Assembly (NCBI GenBank): GCA_035221665.1
Contig: CM069131.1
Span: forward strand, 172,174,001-172,238,000
Direction of reading: 5' to 3'
Source of the DNA: Okamejei kenojei
Lineage: Eukaryota
DNA: 64,000 nucleotides
Part shown: piece by piece, positions 61,813-64,000 of the stretch
Numbering within the stretch: the stretch's first letter is position 1
How the letters are laid out: every line of letters begins with the position of its first letter
Made by a program: the position numbers and the translations under genes
Notes under the pieces: generated by a model
What the model saw: only the letters and a program-made list of their open reading frames with translations
The model's database searches: none
What the model was told of the DNA's origin: nothing

Positions 61813-63859
61813 TTATCATTAATTTATCTCTGATAACTTGCATTTTCCACATTCAATTCATAATTACCTGTGTCACCTAGATAAGTATATTCAAAGAAAT
61901 TGAAAACTTAAGACTGGTCTGGAAGTTTTTGTGAGTTGTACAATTACTCTCTTAACCTAATGATGAATCTTATTCCCACTGACAAGCTGGTATGCTCCTT
62001 ATACTGTGGGAGTCGGCTTCTGTTTGCAGATTAGCGTTGCTGCTATACTACAATGTGAGATTTGTGCTTTAGTTGAGGAAGCTGATTTGTGATGTTTTCT
62101 ATTCTATCCTTTCATAATTGATTCTGAGATTAAATCTACAGTGAAAGTTGCCTCTTGTCAGTTCGGTCGCCGTTTTCGGTAACTGGAGGATCGTATGAGG
62201 AGCTTTTCTGTGAGATAATTTATTTGATGAATTTACTAGAATCAGATACAATGATTCTGGTATAAACATATTTATTGATGAGATTGTTTATACATTATGG
62301 AGATTGAGCAGGAACAATGAGACTGAGGAGCAGCCTTTGTGTGCTTGTTTACTGCACCCACAATGTAAATTTTTATGGTTTTGTTTCTACTTTTTATGCA
62401 AATAAGCACCTGGGGCTAGATGGTAAAATCTGTGAAGATGAACTTCAAGTGGATAGCTCTACAGTTCTGGAGATTATCACCTGTATATGTTTCATTAAAA
62501 ACTTAACAATGATGTCTAATAATCATAAAAATAAATTATGGGACAATGGACTACAGTTAAATATCAGAAAATTATTCTCATGGGATTGAACATAAATGGA
62601 TGCAGGAGTAAGCTATCTCAGCTTCTGTCTGCTCATGGCTGATCTTATATTTATGTGTCTCATTGTTGCACAAACCCCTATCCTTTGTGTGAAAATCTTT
62701 CGATCTATCTTGAATATACTTCAACTGTTGCACAATGTACACAACTGTAAATCGATGTGTTGAAGATAATGATATTGACCCTTGATGCAGAAGCATTATA
62801 GTATAAAGAGAAATGATATCGTTTTGACTCCTGGCCATACTCCCAATGTCAAATGTGTTGATTTATCTTCAAATGAGTATGCTGTGTGGTGGAGCAGTTT
62901 TAATTAAAAAAAAGTATCTTAATAGGCAATAACTTATTGCAACTGAGATCCTTGGCGGTGCGGTGAGGTGCAGTGTTCTTAAATCCTAGGGCCATTTGAA
63001 AATCTCTCTGAAGGAAGTTTCGTCCAAGGTCTCTATTGGAATATGCAATCCATTACCCAAAACCGGAGCGCCTTTTGCTGAATGAGCATCTTACTGCGTG
63101 CGGAAGCCTCTCAGGTGTGAAGCACGTCACGCTGCCAAGCGGTGGCGGCGAGAAGAGTTAATTTGGAGGCTCTCGGGGCCGGGCTCTCGGATGGCAGCTG
63201 CATCTCCTCACATTGCCGTTGTCTGCTGAGGGAAGAGAAAGGCTGGCAGCAGCTGCTTCCACTTTGCATTTCCCTCTCTGTAATTTAGTTTGGTCTAACA
63301 GAGTGAACTTGTTACAAAATATCATTAGGTTTAATGAGCTTGAGACTTGGCAAGCGGCTCCTGGATAAAGCTGCCAGCAATGATTATTTTCAGCTGGCTT
63401 ATTGCAGTTAATGAGCATTTCTGCATCAGTCTTACCTTCCTGCAGATCGCCCATTTATTGTCCACCATTTAAAAAAAAAAAAAAGTAGATTTGGATAGCG
63501 ATGGATTTAATTCAAAAGCTGAAATATTGCAAGGAACATATATTGATTCAGTTGTTTAGAATTGTCAGTAAAAGGGCCACAAGTAAAAAGATTCCCTTGA
63601 ACTTGTGGAGTGAATCAATTGAGAACATATACCAAGAGGAAAACTTCTAGGATAGTCGTCTAACTAGGAAATCGGCTAATTGGAAGAGCACACTCCGAGC
63701 TTGAATTGTACTTCATTGTCACGTGCCTACTTTTAGTCTGCAACTCAGTAAAATCTTGCTTTACCAGAGGACAAATACACCCAAGTACAAGAATGTAAGA
63801 ATAGTAGATTTTACTGAGGCAGTACACGAGTATTGACCATTTAGTACCAATTCTGTTGA

Positions 63860-64000
63860 GTTAATATGTATAAGTTGTACAACCTAGCACAATAGGTTGT
63901 ACAATGGAATTGGTGGCTGAGCAGAGGGATCTCGGAATGCAAGTAAATAATTCCCTGAAAGTGGTGTAGCAGGTAGATTGGGCGATGAAGGTTCTTGGCA
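63860..64000 (+). mobile_element. CR1 fragment running off the window
   Basis: GAGCAGAGGGATCTCGGAATGCAAGTA...TTCCCTGAAAGTGG, as at 21505-21560. Confidence 0.65.

Noticed and set aside
62317-62589. Possible last FAM53A exon
   Set aside because: It has neither the TLKNSKSLCSL/acidic motif nor the C-terminal LDLEQIENN-like motif.

Overview
Eukaryotic DNA from a cartilaginous fish, most likely a skate or ray, judged from the HE1-type V-SINEs, CR1, Rex1 and Penelope repeats. The only host gene seen is FAM53A on the + strand. Its three coding exons (3985-4062, 20972-21026, 23797-24593) splice in phase into 310 codons. The last coding exon was not found, so it probably lies beyond the window. The rest is intron packed with decayed or nested TEs: Rex1/Babar LINEs, CR1 fragments, HE1 SINEs, DeuSINE relics, two IR/DR Tc1 transposons, a MITE, a 989-bp solo LTR and a Penelope GIY-YIG fragment. 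Some repeat-free stretches look like conserved non-coding elements. The most notable observation is a ~130-nt retroposon present twice, each copy with a target-site duplication (TSD). Its first 54 nt fold by eye into a minimal HDV-like (CPEB3-like) ribozyme, followed by a stem-loop and a (GAA)n tail. Short Penelope-derived hammerhead-core units also occur as discrete TSD-flanked inserts. All folds and family names come from reading by eye and recalled consensus sequences; no searches were run. Repeat boundaries are approximate unless a TSD is given.
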